Shown here: positions 29,901-36,441 of the stretch, piece after piece
Layout: every line of letters begins with the position of its first letter
Position numbering within the stretch: position 1 is the stretch's first letter
Assembly: GCA_945878115.1 (NCBI GenBank)
Contig: CAMDVD010000013.1
Span: 123-64,122 of the forward strand
Reading direction: 5' to 3'
Length of the DNA stretch: 64,000 nucleotides
From: Chitinophaga pinensis
Lineage (GTDB): Bacteria > Bacteroidota > Bacteroidia > Chitinophagales > Chitinophagaceae
The notes under the pieces: generated by a model
What the model saw: the letters and a program-made list of their open reading frames with translations, nothing else
Databases searched by the model: none
Told to the model about the DNA's origin: nothing
Position numbers and translations under genes: made by a program

Positions 29901-31555
29901 ACACTGGCTGGCATAAATTCAGAAATGAGCAGTGCATCAATGGCGTCATCTAATCCGTTGTGATCCACTGAAATAGCTTGTTGTGGTTTGTTTTTATTCG
30001 TTGTCAATATACTTTTTTCAGGAAAAGGTTGTTGCGCATAGCGAGGCAAAAGTGCCGGCAATGTGCGTGTACCTAAATTTGTTTTGCGTGAAAAAATTTT
30101 ATACTTTTTATTAAAGCCTGCAAATAGATTGGTGGATTGTGTGATGTTTTCTGATTTGCCAAGCATTAAAAATCCATTATCATGTAGTGCATAATGAAAA
30201 GTATTCAAGGCTTTTTTTTGTGCTGGATTATCTAAATAAATAAAGAGGTTGCAGCAACTGATAAAATCAAGTCGTGAAAAGGGTGGGTCATGTAAAATAT
30301 TATGTGGCGCGAATACACACATATCGCGTATGGCTTTATTGACACGATAACCTGTATCTGCTTTGATGAAAAAACGTTGTATCCGTTTAGGCGATACGGT
30401 TTCCAAATCTTCTTTGGTATACATGCCAATACGTGCTTTACTTATAGCTTGTTCGCTGAGGTCTGTTGCAAAAATTTGAATGGGTATTGTAGTTGCTTTG
30501 CTTTCCTGAATTTCGAGTAGCATCATAGCAATGGAATAGGCTTCTTCTCCTGTAGCACAAGCGGGTACCCATATACGAAGCGGTTCGCCGATTTTTTTTA
30601 ACTTCAATAGTTTTGGAAAAAGATGCTCTTTTAAATATTTGTGCGTATCGGTATCTCGAAAAAAACTGGTCACATTAATTAATAAATCTTGGTAAAGAAT
30701 ATCAATTTCTTCCTTTTTTAATGATACCATTTTAGCATATTCTTTCAATGTCGTTAATTTATACAATAGCATTCTGCGAATGATACGTCGCTTTATGGTA
30801 TTCATTTTATAGGCAGTGAAATCAACACCTGTAAATTTGTGTAATAGGCTTAGGATACTTTTTAAATCTGGATTGCTGTTTTCAATTAAATTTTCTTCGC
30901 CATTTTTTATGCTCTCCGTTTGCAAGAGAGTGTGCTTACTTAGTCTTGCCAATTCGAGTGCTATTTCTTTTGGTGATAAAGTAAAATCTACCATGCCTGC
31001 TGCAATGGCAGAGTGGGGCATACTAGTAAATTTTGCGCTATCGTCTTGTGCGAAAGTTAAACCGCCATGCTGCTTGATGTCTTTCATGCCTTCTGTTCCA
31101 TCGCTTGCACTGCCACTCAGAATAATTCCGATTACTCTTTCTTTTTGTGCTTCAGCAAGTGAGGAGAATAGAATGTCAATGGTTATAGCGGCACTAGTTT
31201 CGGAACGAGGAATTAATTTGATATGTCCATCTGTTACTTCAATTCCTTTGTTGTATGGAATAACAAAAACATTATCTGGTTTTATTTTATCCATGTCATC
31301 AATTTCTTGCACGATCATTTTTGTCTTCTTCGATAAAATTTCGGTCAACAAACTTTTGTGGTCTGGACTTAGATGCTGCACATAAATAAAAGCCATACCC
31401 GTATCTGCTGGAAGATATTTTAATAATTCCATCATCGCTTCTAATCCGCCTGCTGACGCACCGATGGCGACTACGGGAAATGAACCTTCTTTAACTTCTG
31501 TTTTTGCAGGTAGTTTCTTTTTGCTTGAAATTGCTTTCATGTCAAAGAAGGACAT
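26918..31555 (-). CDS. CheB methylesterase - CheR methyltransferase - coiled coil - PAS repeats - histidine kinase - receiver fusion protein
   Basis: 1545 aa. CheB-like VVAIGASAGGLEA. CheR-like VPACATGEEAYS. Heptad coil (NEEL repeats). H-box SHEIRTPLN. HATPase G-boxes (DSGIGI, GGTGLGL). Receiver LMDLQMPEMNG. Confidence 0.85.
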   Translation of the reverse strand: MSFFDMKAISSKKKLPAKTEVKEGSFPVVAIGASAGGLEAMMELLKYLPADTGMAFIYVQHLSPDHKSLLTEILSKKTKMIVQEIDDMDKIKPDNVFVIPYNKGIEVTDGHIKLIPRSETSAAITIDILFSSLAEAQKERVIGIILSGSASDGTEGMKDIKQHGGLTFAQDDSAKFTSMPHSAIAAGMVDFTLSPKEIALELARLSKHTLLQTESIKNGEENLIENSNPDLKSILSLLHKFTGVDFTAYKMNTIKRRIIRRMLLYKLTTLKEYAKMVSLKKEEIDILYQDLLINVTSFFRDTDTHKYLKEHLFPKLLKLKKIGEPLRIWVPACATGEEAYSIAMMLLEIQESKATTIPIQIFATDLSEQAISKARIGMYTKEDLETVSPKRIQRFFIKADTGYRVNKAIRDMCVFAPHNILHDPPFSRLDFISCCNLFIYLDNPAQKKALNTFHYALHDNGFLMLGKSENITQSTNLFAGFNKKYKIFSRKTNLGTRTLPALLPRYAQQPFPEKSILTTNKNKPQQAISVDHNGLDDAIDALLISEFMPASVVVNHQMEIVQFRGTTDLFLTHPKGKATFNILKMARPEIAFELRNAISKVIKTKLRIRKSGIELKINSAVRMVSLEIVPFKIESTEPLLLILFTEQEQTEIFSAHAVDGKNNSLAKDRRIKKLELELAEAHADALSIAQEQEAFAEELQSANEEVVSSNEELQTLNEELETSKEEIESANEELTTTNQELQTRNDLLNEAYGYSEAVFATIHEPMIVLDKNLRVKSANKTFYKMFKVKEEETEGILLYDLGNKQWNIPRLRELLEDILPRNSHFCDFEITQTFPVIGERIMLLNASRIIQKTNHEELILLAFADNTDIRSKAMELKNKEKEILLIQVEAEQNLRKQIEESEKRYNMMLMNSSFTFAVLKGKDLIIELANDQIKEVWGRGKDIEGKSLLEIMPELKDTTFLDMLNEVCATGIPFHGIEVQSPSNMHGHIKEEYFFNFVFQPYLEIDQTISGITIIGNEVTEQVIAKRKIEESEERFRSLANDVPMHIFIIEPDEEANISYWNKNWLNYTGQTMEEALGKAWLKLIHADDLQGLMDVYVPAFKKRQPYFLSGIRIKQHDGEYRWHSVKGNPRYLPNGKFMGYIGVSIDIHEGKLFEDELKEAKVSAENALKFKQQFLSNMSHEIRTPLNSILGFANVLLKTELGIEQKEFLHAIQTSGKSLNMLINDILDLAKVDAGKMTFEKQPFKIRETISSILHSFDLKIKEKNLELVREYDDNIPSMLLGDSLRLNQIILNLISNAVKFTHAGKIALVVKLLSVDEQHVTIEFAVSDSGIGIAPNKIDSIFNLFEQAELSTANSYGGTGLGLAIVKQLIEVQGGSISVRSKLGEGSTFSFIMPFGKTSIQSEEEIEVLTLEPRIKKLRVLVAEDVALNQLLIKIILSDFGFEYEIVSNGKMVIEKLTSATLSKQSYDIILMDLQMPEMNGFEATEYIRNTMKSTIPIIALTADVTTADVAKCKAFGMDNYIPKPINEKLLYNKIVELVMNKI

Positions 31556-31945
31556 CTAGTAAATCTGAACTCATTTGGTGAAGATAGCATTTTAAATAGG
31601 CTATTGCTATTATTAAATTTAGGAAGTAGCAGAGAGATAGATGCCTTGGAGGGGAAACTAACGAGAATGAGGTTCTAGATTAACGTGTTGTACAACGTTG
31701 GAAAGTTTTTTTCTGACGATAGAATATGGTGTCGGTTGGTATGAAACCTATCGATAGGAAACTCGGATATTTATTTTATTGCTCCTATGCTACTGGCGCA
31801 GTAATGAGGCGTTGTCATTGTGTGTTGGCTTCCTATGCCGTGTTAGAAATAAATTTTGAATTCTTGGTCTGATTTTTTTGTAGAATTTCTTTTAAGGAAG
31901 GCTTTGCTTGGAACGAATCATTCCTTGCTAAACAAAAAAATCTAA

Positions 31946-32554
31946 CTACCGCACACCCATATACTTATGTATTTGCAAGGAGAGTTTCCATTGTGGATGT
32001 TGTTGAATAAATTCAGTAATAATGGGTAATACTATTTTTTCTTTACTCCATTCAGGTTGTACATACAATTGGCAATCGGCATGGGTATGTTGCGCATTTT
32101 GTTCAGCCCATAGCAGATCGGATGAATTAAACACAACGACTTTTAATTCGGAGGCTTGTTGTAAGATGGAAGGAATCGGAGATTTGAATTTCTTGGGCGA
32201 TACACATATCCAATCCCATTTTCCACTTAATGGATAGGCTGCACTTGTTTCTATATGTGTGCGAAAACCCGCAGCTTGCAAGGCTTCTGTGAGCGCAGTA
32301 CAATCATACATGAGGGGTTCACCGCCGGTAATGATTACTATTTTTGCTGGGGTATTTTTTACTTCATCCACTAACGCTGTAATGGTTTGAAACGAATGCG
32401 CATTAGCATCCCAACTTTCTTTTACATCGCACCATACACAGCCCACATCGCATCCGGCTAGACGAATAAAAAATGCAGCATGACCTTGGTAAAAACCTTC
32501 ACCTTGTATCGAATAAAATGTTTCCATTACTGGAAGCGTATGTTGATCTTGCAT
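31946..32554 (-). CDS. queE: 7-carboxy-7-deazaguanine synthase (radical SAM)
   Basis: 202 aa; FYSIQGEG and the CDVGCVWCD cluster motif. Confidence 0.8.
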   Translation of the reverse strand: MQDQHTLPVMETFYSIQGEGFYQGHAAFFIRLAGCDVGCVWCDVKESWDANAHSFQTITALVDEVKNTPAKIVIITGGEPLMYDCTALTEALQAAGFRTHIETSAAYPLSGKWDWICVSPKKFKSPIPSILQQASELKVVVFNSSDLLWAEQNAQHTHADCQLYVQPEWSKEKIVLPIITEFIQQHPQWKLSLQIHKYMGVR

Positions 32555-32557
32555 GAA

Positions 32558-33439
32558 TTAGTTAGCGTTATTATGTAAATAAGCCAATAAAGTATTTTTC
32601 ATTAAAGCACAAATAGTCATGAGCCCAACTCCACCTGGTACGGGTGTGATATAACTGCATTTCTCGGCAACGGCATCAAAGTCAACATCGCCAACTAAAC
32701 GATAACCACTTTTTGTTTTCGTACTTTCGATCCGATTGATGCCCACATCTAAAATGATGGCACCATCTTTTACCATATCTGCTGTTACGAATTTTGGTTT
32801 GCCGATGGCTGCAACAATAATGTCTGCTTGCAAACAAAATTCTTTGATATTCTTTGTTTTGGAATGACACAGCGTAACCGTACAATTACCAGGCTCACTA
32901 TTTCTGCTCATTAAAATACTCATTGGTGTGCCTACAATATTAGATCTTCCAATCACCACACAATGCTTACCCGAAATAGGAATGCCATAATGCTGCAACA
33001 TCAACATCATACCGAAGGGAGTTGCTGGAATAAAAGTCGGTAAGCTCAACAACATTTTGCCCAAATTCACGGGATGAAATCCATCCACATCTTTGTTGGG
33101 AGAAATGCTTTCGATAATTTTATTTTCCGAAATATGTTTGGGTAGGGGCAATTGAACCAAAATGCCATCGATACCCGGGTCATTATTTAACTCTGCTATT
33201 TTTTGTAATAGAATATCTTCTTGTAGGTCTGCATCATAAGCAATTAATGTAGATGCAAAGCCAAGTTCAGCGCAGGTTTTAACCTTAGAGCCAACATAGG
33301 CTTTGCTTGCTGGATTTTCGCCCACGAGTATAGCAACCAAATGTGGTGCACGTTTGCCTGTGGCAATAATTTCTTCTACTTCTTTTTTGATTTCTGATTT
33401 GATGTGTTGCGACACTACTTTGCCGTCGAGTAATTGCAT
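32558..33439 (-). CDS. folD: Bifunctional methylenetetrahydrofolate dehydrogenase/cyclohydrolase
   Basis: Start at ATG 33439 ([14 protein letters not shown]); the track extension to 33583 runs into repeat DNA. Motifs [18 protein letters not shown] and [10 protein letters not shown]. Confidence 0.9.
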   Translation of the reverse strand: MQLLDGKVVSQHIKSEIKKEVEEIIATGKRAPHLVAILVGENPASKAYVGSKVKTCAELGFASTLIAYDADLQEDILLQKIAELNNDPGIDGILVQLPLPKHISENKIIESISPNKDVDGFHPVNLGKMLLSLPTFIPATPFGMMLMLQHYGIPISGKHCVVIGRSNIVGTPMSILMSRNSEPGNCTVTLCHSKTKNIKEFCLQADIIVAAIGKPKFVTADMVKDGAIILDVGINRIESTKTKSGYRLVGDVDFDAVAEKCSYITPVPGGVGLMTICALMKNTLLAYLHNNAN

Positions 33440-33444
33440 GGGCG

Positions 33445-33452
33445 CAAATATA
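33445..33452 (-). promoter_or_regulatory. Putative sigma-A -7 box TATATTTG, 5 nt upstream of the folD ATG
   Basis: Minus strand reads cattTATATTTGcgcccATG, an exact match to the Bacteroidota TAnnTTTG consensus. I could not find a clear -33 element. Confidence 0.3.
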
Positions 33453-33550
33453 AATGAGAATTCAGTAATTAGTCGAAAGTAAAAAGTAAAAAGCCGTATT
33501 GCATAAGTGGTAAGCCGCAGGAATTTAGATTTTGTATTCGGAATTTTATT

Positions 33551-34080
33551 TCCTATCTCCGCAGATGTGTCCTCTGCACTCATCTTGTATGCGAGTATAA
33601 TGTTTGTGAGGCACTCTGCGGGTTAAGTACAGCATTCGTAGATAATGAAGGGAATATTGAAGCGTATTTTTTAATGTCGAATGTTGAACTCCGTTCAGCT
33701 TTTGTGGCGTTGGCAACATTCAGCATGTTATCCTTAGTCAGCACTCTGCGAAAAGTATTCGTTGCGCAATGAATCTGCAGAGGCCCGAGGCGGAGACTCT
33801 GCGGAGAGTAAATGGCCTTCCTATCTCCGCAGATGTGTCCTCTGCACTCATCTTGTATGCGAGTATAATGTTTGTGAGGCACTCTGCGGGTTAAGTACAG
33901 CATTCGTAGATAATGAAGGGAATATTGAAGCGTGTTTTTATTGTCGAGTGTTCTACTCCGTTCAGCTTTTGTAGCGTTGGCACCATTCAGCATGTTATCA
34001 TTAGTCAGCACTCTACGAAAAGTATTCGTTGCTCAATGAATCCGCAGAGTCCCGAGGCGGAGACTCTGCGGAGAGTAAAA
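33551..34080 (+). repeat. 268-bp hairpin-dense unit in direct tandem (2 copies)
   Basis: Unit A is 33551-33818 and unit B is 33819-~34080. The first 115 nt are identical, and I count about 13 differences by eye in the remainder. Confidence 0.9.
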
Positions 34081-34253
34081 CTATCCACAGCCTTGATTTT
34101 TTGGTTCTTTTGTATCAAGACAAAAGAATGAAAAGCCATTTTGAAGACAAAAGAATTCTTCATTAAATTAGCACTCATTTGAATAGAAAGAGAAGAGAAC
34201 GAATAATCATTTTGAAGACAAAATTTGGGATGCAATCAATGAAAATTGAATTA

Positions 34254-34865
34254 CTATTTCACTTCAAATCTTAATAATTCTTCATCGAATAAGTTTGCAT
34301 GCAATTTGTCGCCAATGGCTACTGGTCCTACTCCCTTGGGCGTTCCAGTGTAAATAATATCTCCCATGTTTAATGTAAAATATTGCGATACGTAAGCAAT
34401 TATTTTTTCAAAGCTGAATAATAAATCCTTTGTATCACCATGTTGTACTTGTTGATTATTTTTATACAACTGAAACTGAAAAGAAGATTTTTTTTCTTCG
34501 TTCGTTATCGTTTTCCATGTTCCCAATACCGCCGACATATCAAAGGCTTTGGCAATTTCCCAAGGCAGACCTTTTTCCTTTTGTTTCTGTTGCAAATCCC
34601 TAGCTGTAAAATCGATGCCGAGTGTGATGGCATCATAATAGCTACTTGCAAATTTTTCAGAGATTGCTTTGCCATTTTTACAAATACGCAAAACCAATTC
34701 ACACTCGTAATGAATATCTGTCGAAAAATTCGGATAATAGAAAGCCTTATGGTCTGTGAGTAATGCAGTTTGTGGCTTCATAAAAATGACTGGTTCAGTA
34801 GGCACATCATTTAATAATTCCTTGGCATGTTCGGCATAATTTCTGCCTACGCAAAATATTTTCAT
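34254..34865 (-). CDS. Fumarylacetoacetate hydrolase (FAH) family protein
   Basis: Start at ATG 34865 (MKIFCVGRNYAEHAKEL), overlapping the pth stop (ATGA). 203 aa. Confidence 0.8.
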   Translation of the reverse strand: MKIFCVGRNYAEHAKELLNDVPTEPVIFMKPQTALLTDHKAFYYPNFSTDIHYECELVLRICKNGKAISEKFASSYYDAITLGIDFTARDLQQKQKEKGLPWEIAKAFDMSAVLGTWKTITNEEKKSSFQFQLYKNNQQVQHGDTKDLLFSFEKIIAYVSQYFTLNMGDIIYTGTPKGVGPVAIGDKLHANLFDEELLRFEVK

Positions 34866-35437
34866 ATGGTAAATTTTTGATTGTTGAATAAGTTCATGGT
34901 TCTTTCCAAACCAATGCTCACAAAGCTTTCTATGATTTGGATACAAGCATCTACTTTTTGATTCACAAGTGGAATTTCTTTGTCTTTCCATTTTCCCAAA
35001 ACGTAATCTACTTGTCGCCCTTTTGCGAAATCATTGCCAATACCAAATCGCAATTTGGGATATTGTGTAGTGCCTATACATTCATGAATACTTTTTAAGC
35101 CATTATGTCCAGCATCGCTACCACCTGCTCTTATTTTCAAAACTTCCAATGGAAATGCCAAATCATCTACGATGGTCAAAGAATTTTCGATGGCAATTTT
35201 TTCTTTATCCAACCAATATTTAACAGCTTTGCCGCTTAAATTCATGTAGGTAGTTGGCTTGATAAGCACCAATATTTTTCCTTTGTATTTGATTTGGCAA
35301 ACATCTGCTAAGCGCTCACTTTGAAAGGCAGTATTGTATTTATTGGCGAGAACTTGCACCACATCAAAACCAATATTGTGTCGGGTTTCAACGTATTCGT
35401 GTCCAATATTTCCTAATCCAATAATAAGATATTTCAT
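34862..35437 (-). CDS. pth: Peptidyl-tRNA hydrolase
   Basis: 191 aa; MKYLIIGLGNIGHEY..TRHNIGF and GGSDAGHNGLKS motifs. Confidence 0.9.
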   Translation of the reverse strand: MKYLIIGLGNIGHEYVETRHNIGFDVVQVLANKYNTAFQSERLADVCQIKYKGKILVLIKPTTYMNLSGKAVKYWLDKEKIAIENSLTIVDDLAFPLEVLKIRAGGSDAGHNGLKSIHECIGTTQYPKLRFGIGNDFAKGRQVDYVLGKWKDKEIPLVNQKVDACIQIIESFVSIGLERTMNLFNNQKFTI

Positions 35438-35441
35438 TTGG

Positions 35442-35449
35442 CAAATCTA
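35442..35449 (-). promoter_or_regulatory. Putative sigma-A -7 box TAGATTTG, 4 nt upstream of the pth ATG
   Basis: Minus strand reads ttttTAGATTTGccaaATG, an exact TAnnTTTG match. Confidence 0.3.
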
Positions 35450-35459
35450 AAAAAGGAAA

Positions 35460-35498
35460 GGATACTGTTTCGGGAAAATGAGTTTTATTTTTGTATTG
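35460..35498 (+). repeat. Repeated module M1 (GGATACTGTTTCGGGAAAATGAGTTTTATTTTTGTATTG)
   Basis: Near-identical to 35756-35793, and its 3' part to 35570-35594. Contains TATTTTTG (35486-35493) and a conserved ATG (35478). Confidence 0.8.
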
Positions 35499-35508
35499 CT
35501 TGTGGGCC

Positions 35509-35564
35509 ATTGTTGGTGTTATCACCAACAATTACGATGTCGTTGGTGATAACACCAACAACGG
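35509..35564. repeat. Nested palindromes ATTGTTGGTGTTATCACCAACAAT / TCGTTGGTGATAACACCAACAACGG
   Basis: Each half is itself a hairpin (10 bp and 7 bp). The two halves are also inverted copies of each other (about 23 of 25 nt complementary). A further direct copy of the first hairpin lies at 36442-36465. Confidence 0.8.
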
Positions 35565-35569
35565 CATTT

Positions 35570-35594
35570 AAAAATGAGTTTTATTTTTGTATTG
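35570..35594 (+). repeat. Repeated module M2 (5'-truncated)
   Basis: AAAAATGAGTTTTATTTTTGTATTG, with TATTTTTG at 35582-35589 and ATG at 35574. Confidence 0.75.
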
Positions 35595-35622
35595 TTTGGT
35601 GTTACTAAATTACTGGACTGGT

Positions 35623-35647
35623 ATCGGTTGGTGGGACACCAACCGAT
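35623..35647. repeat. Hairpin ATCGGTTGGT-GGGAC-ACCAACCGAT
   Basis: Perfect 10-bp stem with a GGGAC loop, the same loop as the hairpins at 35727-35748 and 36257-36278. Confidence 0.75.
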
Positions 35648-35726
35648 AAGGGAGAACTTATAATAGGATTAGATTAAAAAACTGTCTACTTATTTTAGGA
35701 CAATACAATAACAGCAATTTAGTGTG

Positions 35727-35748
35727 AGGTTTGTGGGGACACAAACCT
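35727..35748. repeat. Hairpin AGGTTTGT-GGGGAC-ACAAACCT (direct repeat of 36257-36278 with flanks)
   Basis: GTGAGGTTTGTGGGGACACAAACCTAGGGGTG here versus GTGAGGTTTGTTGGGACACAAACCTAGGGTG at 36254-36284. Confidence 0.75.
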
Positions 35749-35755
35749 AGGGGTG

Positions 35756-35793
35756 GGATACTGTTTCGGGAAAAATGAGTTTTATTTTTATAG
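35756..35793 (+). repeat. Repeated module M3
   Basis: GGATACTGTTTCGGGAAAAATGAGTTTTATTTTTATAG. The -7-like box is TATTTTTA (35783-35790) and the ATG is at 35775. Confidence 0.8.
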
Positions 35794-36123
35794 GGATTAT
35801 CAATCCTATGTGCATTGTCAAAATGAAGATTATTTTTTCCACTTTTTTCTTGATAAAAAAGTGGAGCAAAAAATCAAGACTGTAGAAAAATAGCTAAAAA
35901 TTTCAACTGTTGTCTAAAATAAAAAAGCTATTCTTCTTTTTCTCTTTCTCTATCTTAAGTAGTTAGATTAAGCGAACAATCAATATTTAGCAACATACAA
36001 TAGTTTTTATTTCTTAACGCCAACAGTCAAAATTTTCTTAACGCTATTTTTCTAAGGTCGACAACTGAACATTAAATTATTTGAAATACATTTTGAGTCA
36101 GTAATTTTTTATTTTATTCCTTT

Positions 36124-36236
36124 CACCGCAGTGTCTCCGCTTCGGGACACTGCGGAATAGTTGAGCACTCTGCAAGTCGCAGTGTGCCTCACAATTATTT
36201 TCTTCGAATACAAGATTATGTAAGGAGCACACACTG
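36124..36236 (-). repeat. Truncated, inverted relative of the 268-bp unit
   Basis: Both ends align to the reverse complement of the 33551/33819 unit, with about 150 internal nt missing. Contains the hairpin CCGCAGTGTCTC-CGCTTC-GGGACACTGCGG (36126-36155). Confidence 0.7.
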
Positions 36237-36256
36237 TTAGTAAATAATTTATTGTG

Positions 36257-36278
36257 AGGTTTGTTGGGACACAAACCT
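36257..36278. repeat. Hairpin AGGTTTGT-TGGGAC-ACAAACCT
   Basis: See 35727-35748. Confidence 0.75.
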
Positions 36279-36320
36279 AGGGTGAAATTCAATAATGACA
36301 ATATTCTTCAATGATTCCTG

Positions 36321-36420
36321 CATTGCGGCAACGATAGTAGTGGAAATCCATTTTGCTTGCTCTGAAGCAAAAAGATTGGAACGAATAGCGTGCCTGCCGC
36401 CCAAAATATTCTCAGTACAA
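36321..36420 (+). repeat. Structured intergenic element, copy 3
   Basis: CATTGCGGCAACGATAGTAGTGGAAATCC-ATTTTGCTT(GCTCTG)AAGCAAAAA-GATTGGAACGAATAGCGTGCCTGCCGCCCAAAATATTCTCAGTACAA. Confidence 0.75.
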
Positions 36421-36441
36421 TTTTTGTGATTCTTTTACGCC

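Noticed and set aside
27495-31385. Many plus-strand ORFs inside the 1545-aa kinase gene (27495, 27729, 28535, 28647, 28816, 29343-29873, 29386, 30302, 30816-31385)
   Set aside because: These are antisense shadow ORFs of a long AT-rich gene with recognisable domains on the minus strand. They are Ser/Leu/Phe/Cys-rich with no motifs. The same reasoning applies to shadow ORFs inside glmS, crtI, lepA, rfbG and the 60375-63140 gene.
26918-31555. The kinase as a direct photoreceptor (LOV/BLUF/phytochrome), given its position next to the light regulon
   Set aside because: There is no GxNCRFL-type LOV motif, no BLUF or GAF/PHY-like segment, and no conserved chromophore Cys context visible in the PAS regions. 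Adjacency alone is not evidence.
31681-31758. Palindromes in the kinase upstream region (AACGTGTTGTACAACGTT at 31682-31699; perfect CCTATCGATAGG at 31747-31758) as operators, for example for the CarH-like regulator
   Set aside because: Each occurs once, the first is imperfect, and there is no second copy near the crt promoter to link them to any regulator. Short palindromes are expected by chance in about 400 nt of AT-rich DNA.
32558-33583. Long N-terminal extensions in the ORF track for folD (to 33583), FAH (to 34991), the YebC-family gene (to 46120), rfbG (from 38050), the T9SS-B protein (from 40698), M42 (to 50120) and GT4 (from 50272)
   Set aside because: In each case an internal ATG gives the canonical family N-terminus or a proper signal peptide. 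The extension overlaps a neighbouring gene or repeat DNA.
33580-34011. 143-aa minus-strand ORF spanning the tandem 268-bp units, which could be a repeat protein
   Set aside because: The two units give similar peptides only for about 19 residues (LT(N/K)DNMLN(G/V)ANATKAERS). A 1-nt indel then shifts the frame and similarity vanishes. The composition is atypical. This is an ORF by chance in repeat DNA.
35438-35800. Possible CRISPR array, because a ~38-nt sequence recurs three times
   Set aside because: The spacing is irregular (about 110 and 187 nt) and one copy is truncated. The intervening DNA is itself palindromic repeat rather than unique spacers. No cas genes are in the window.
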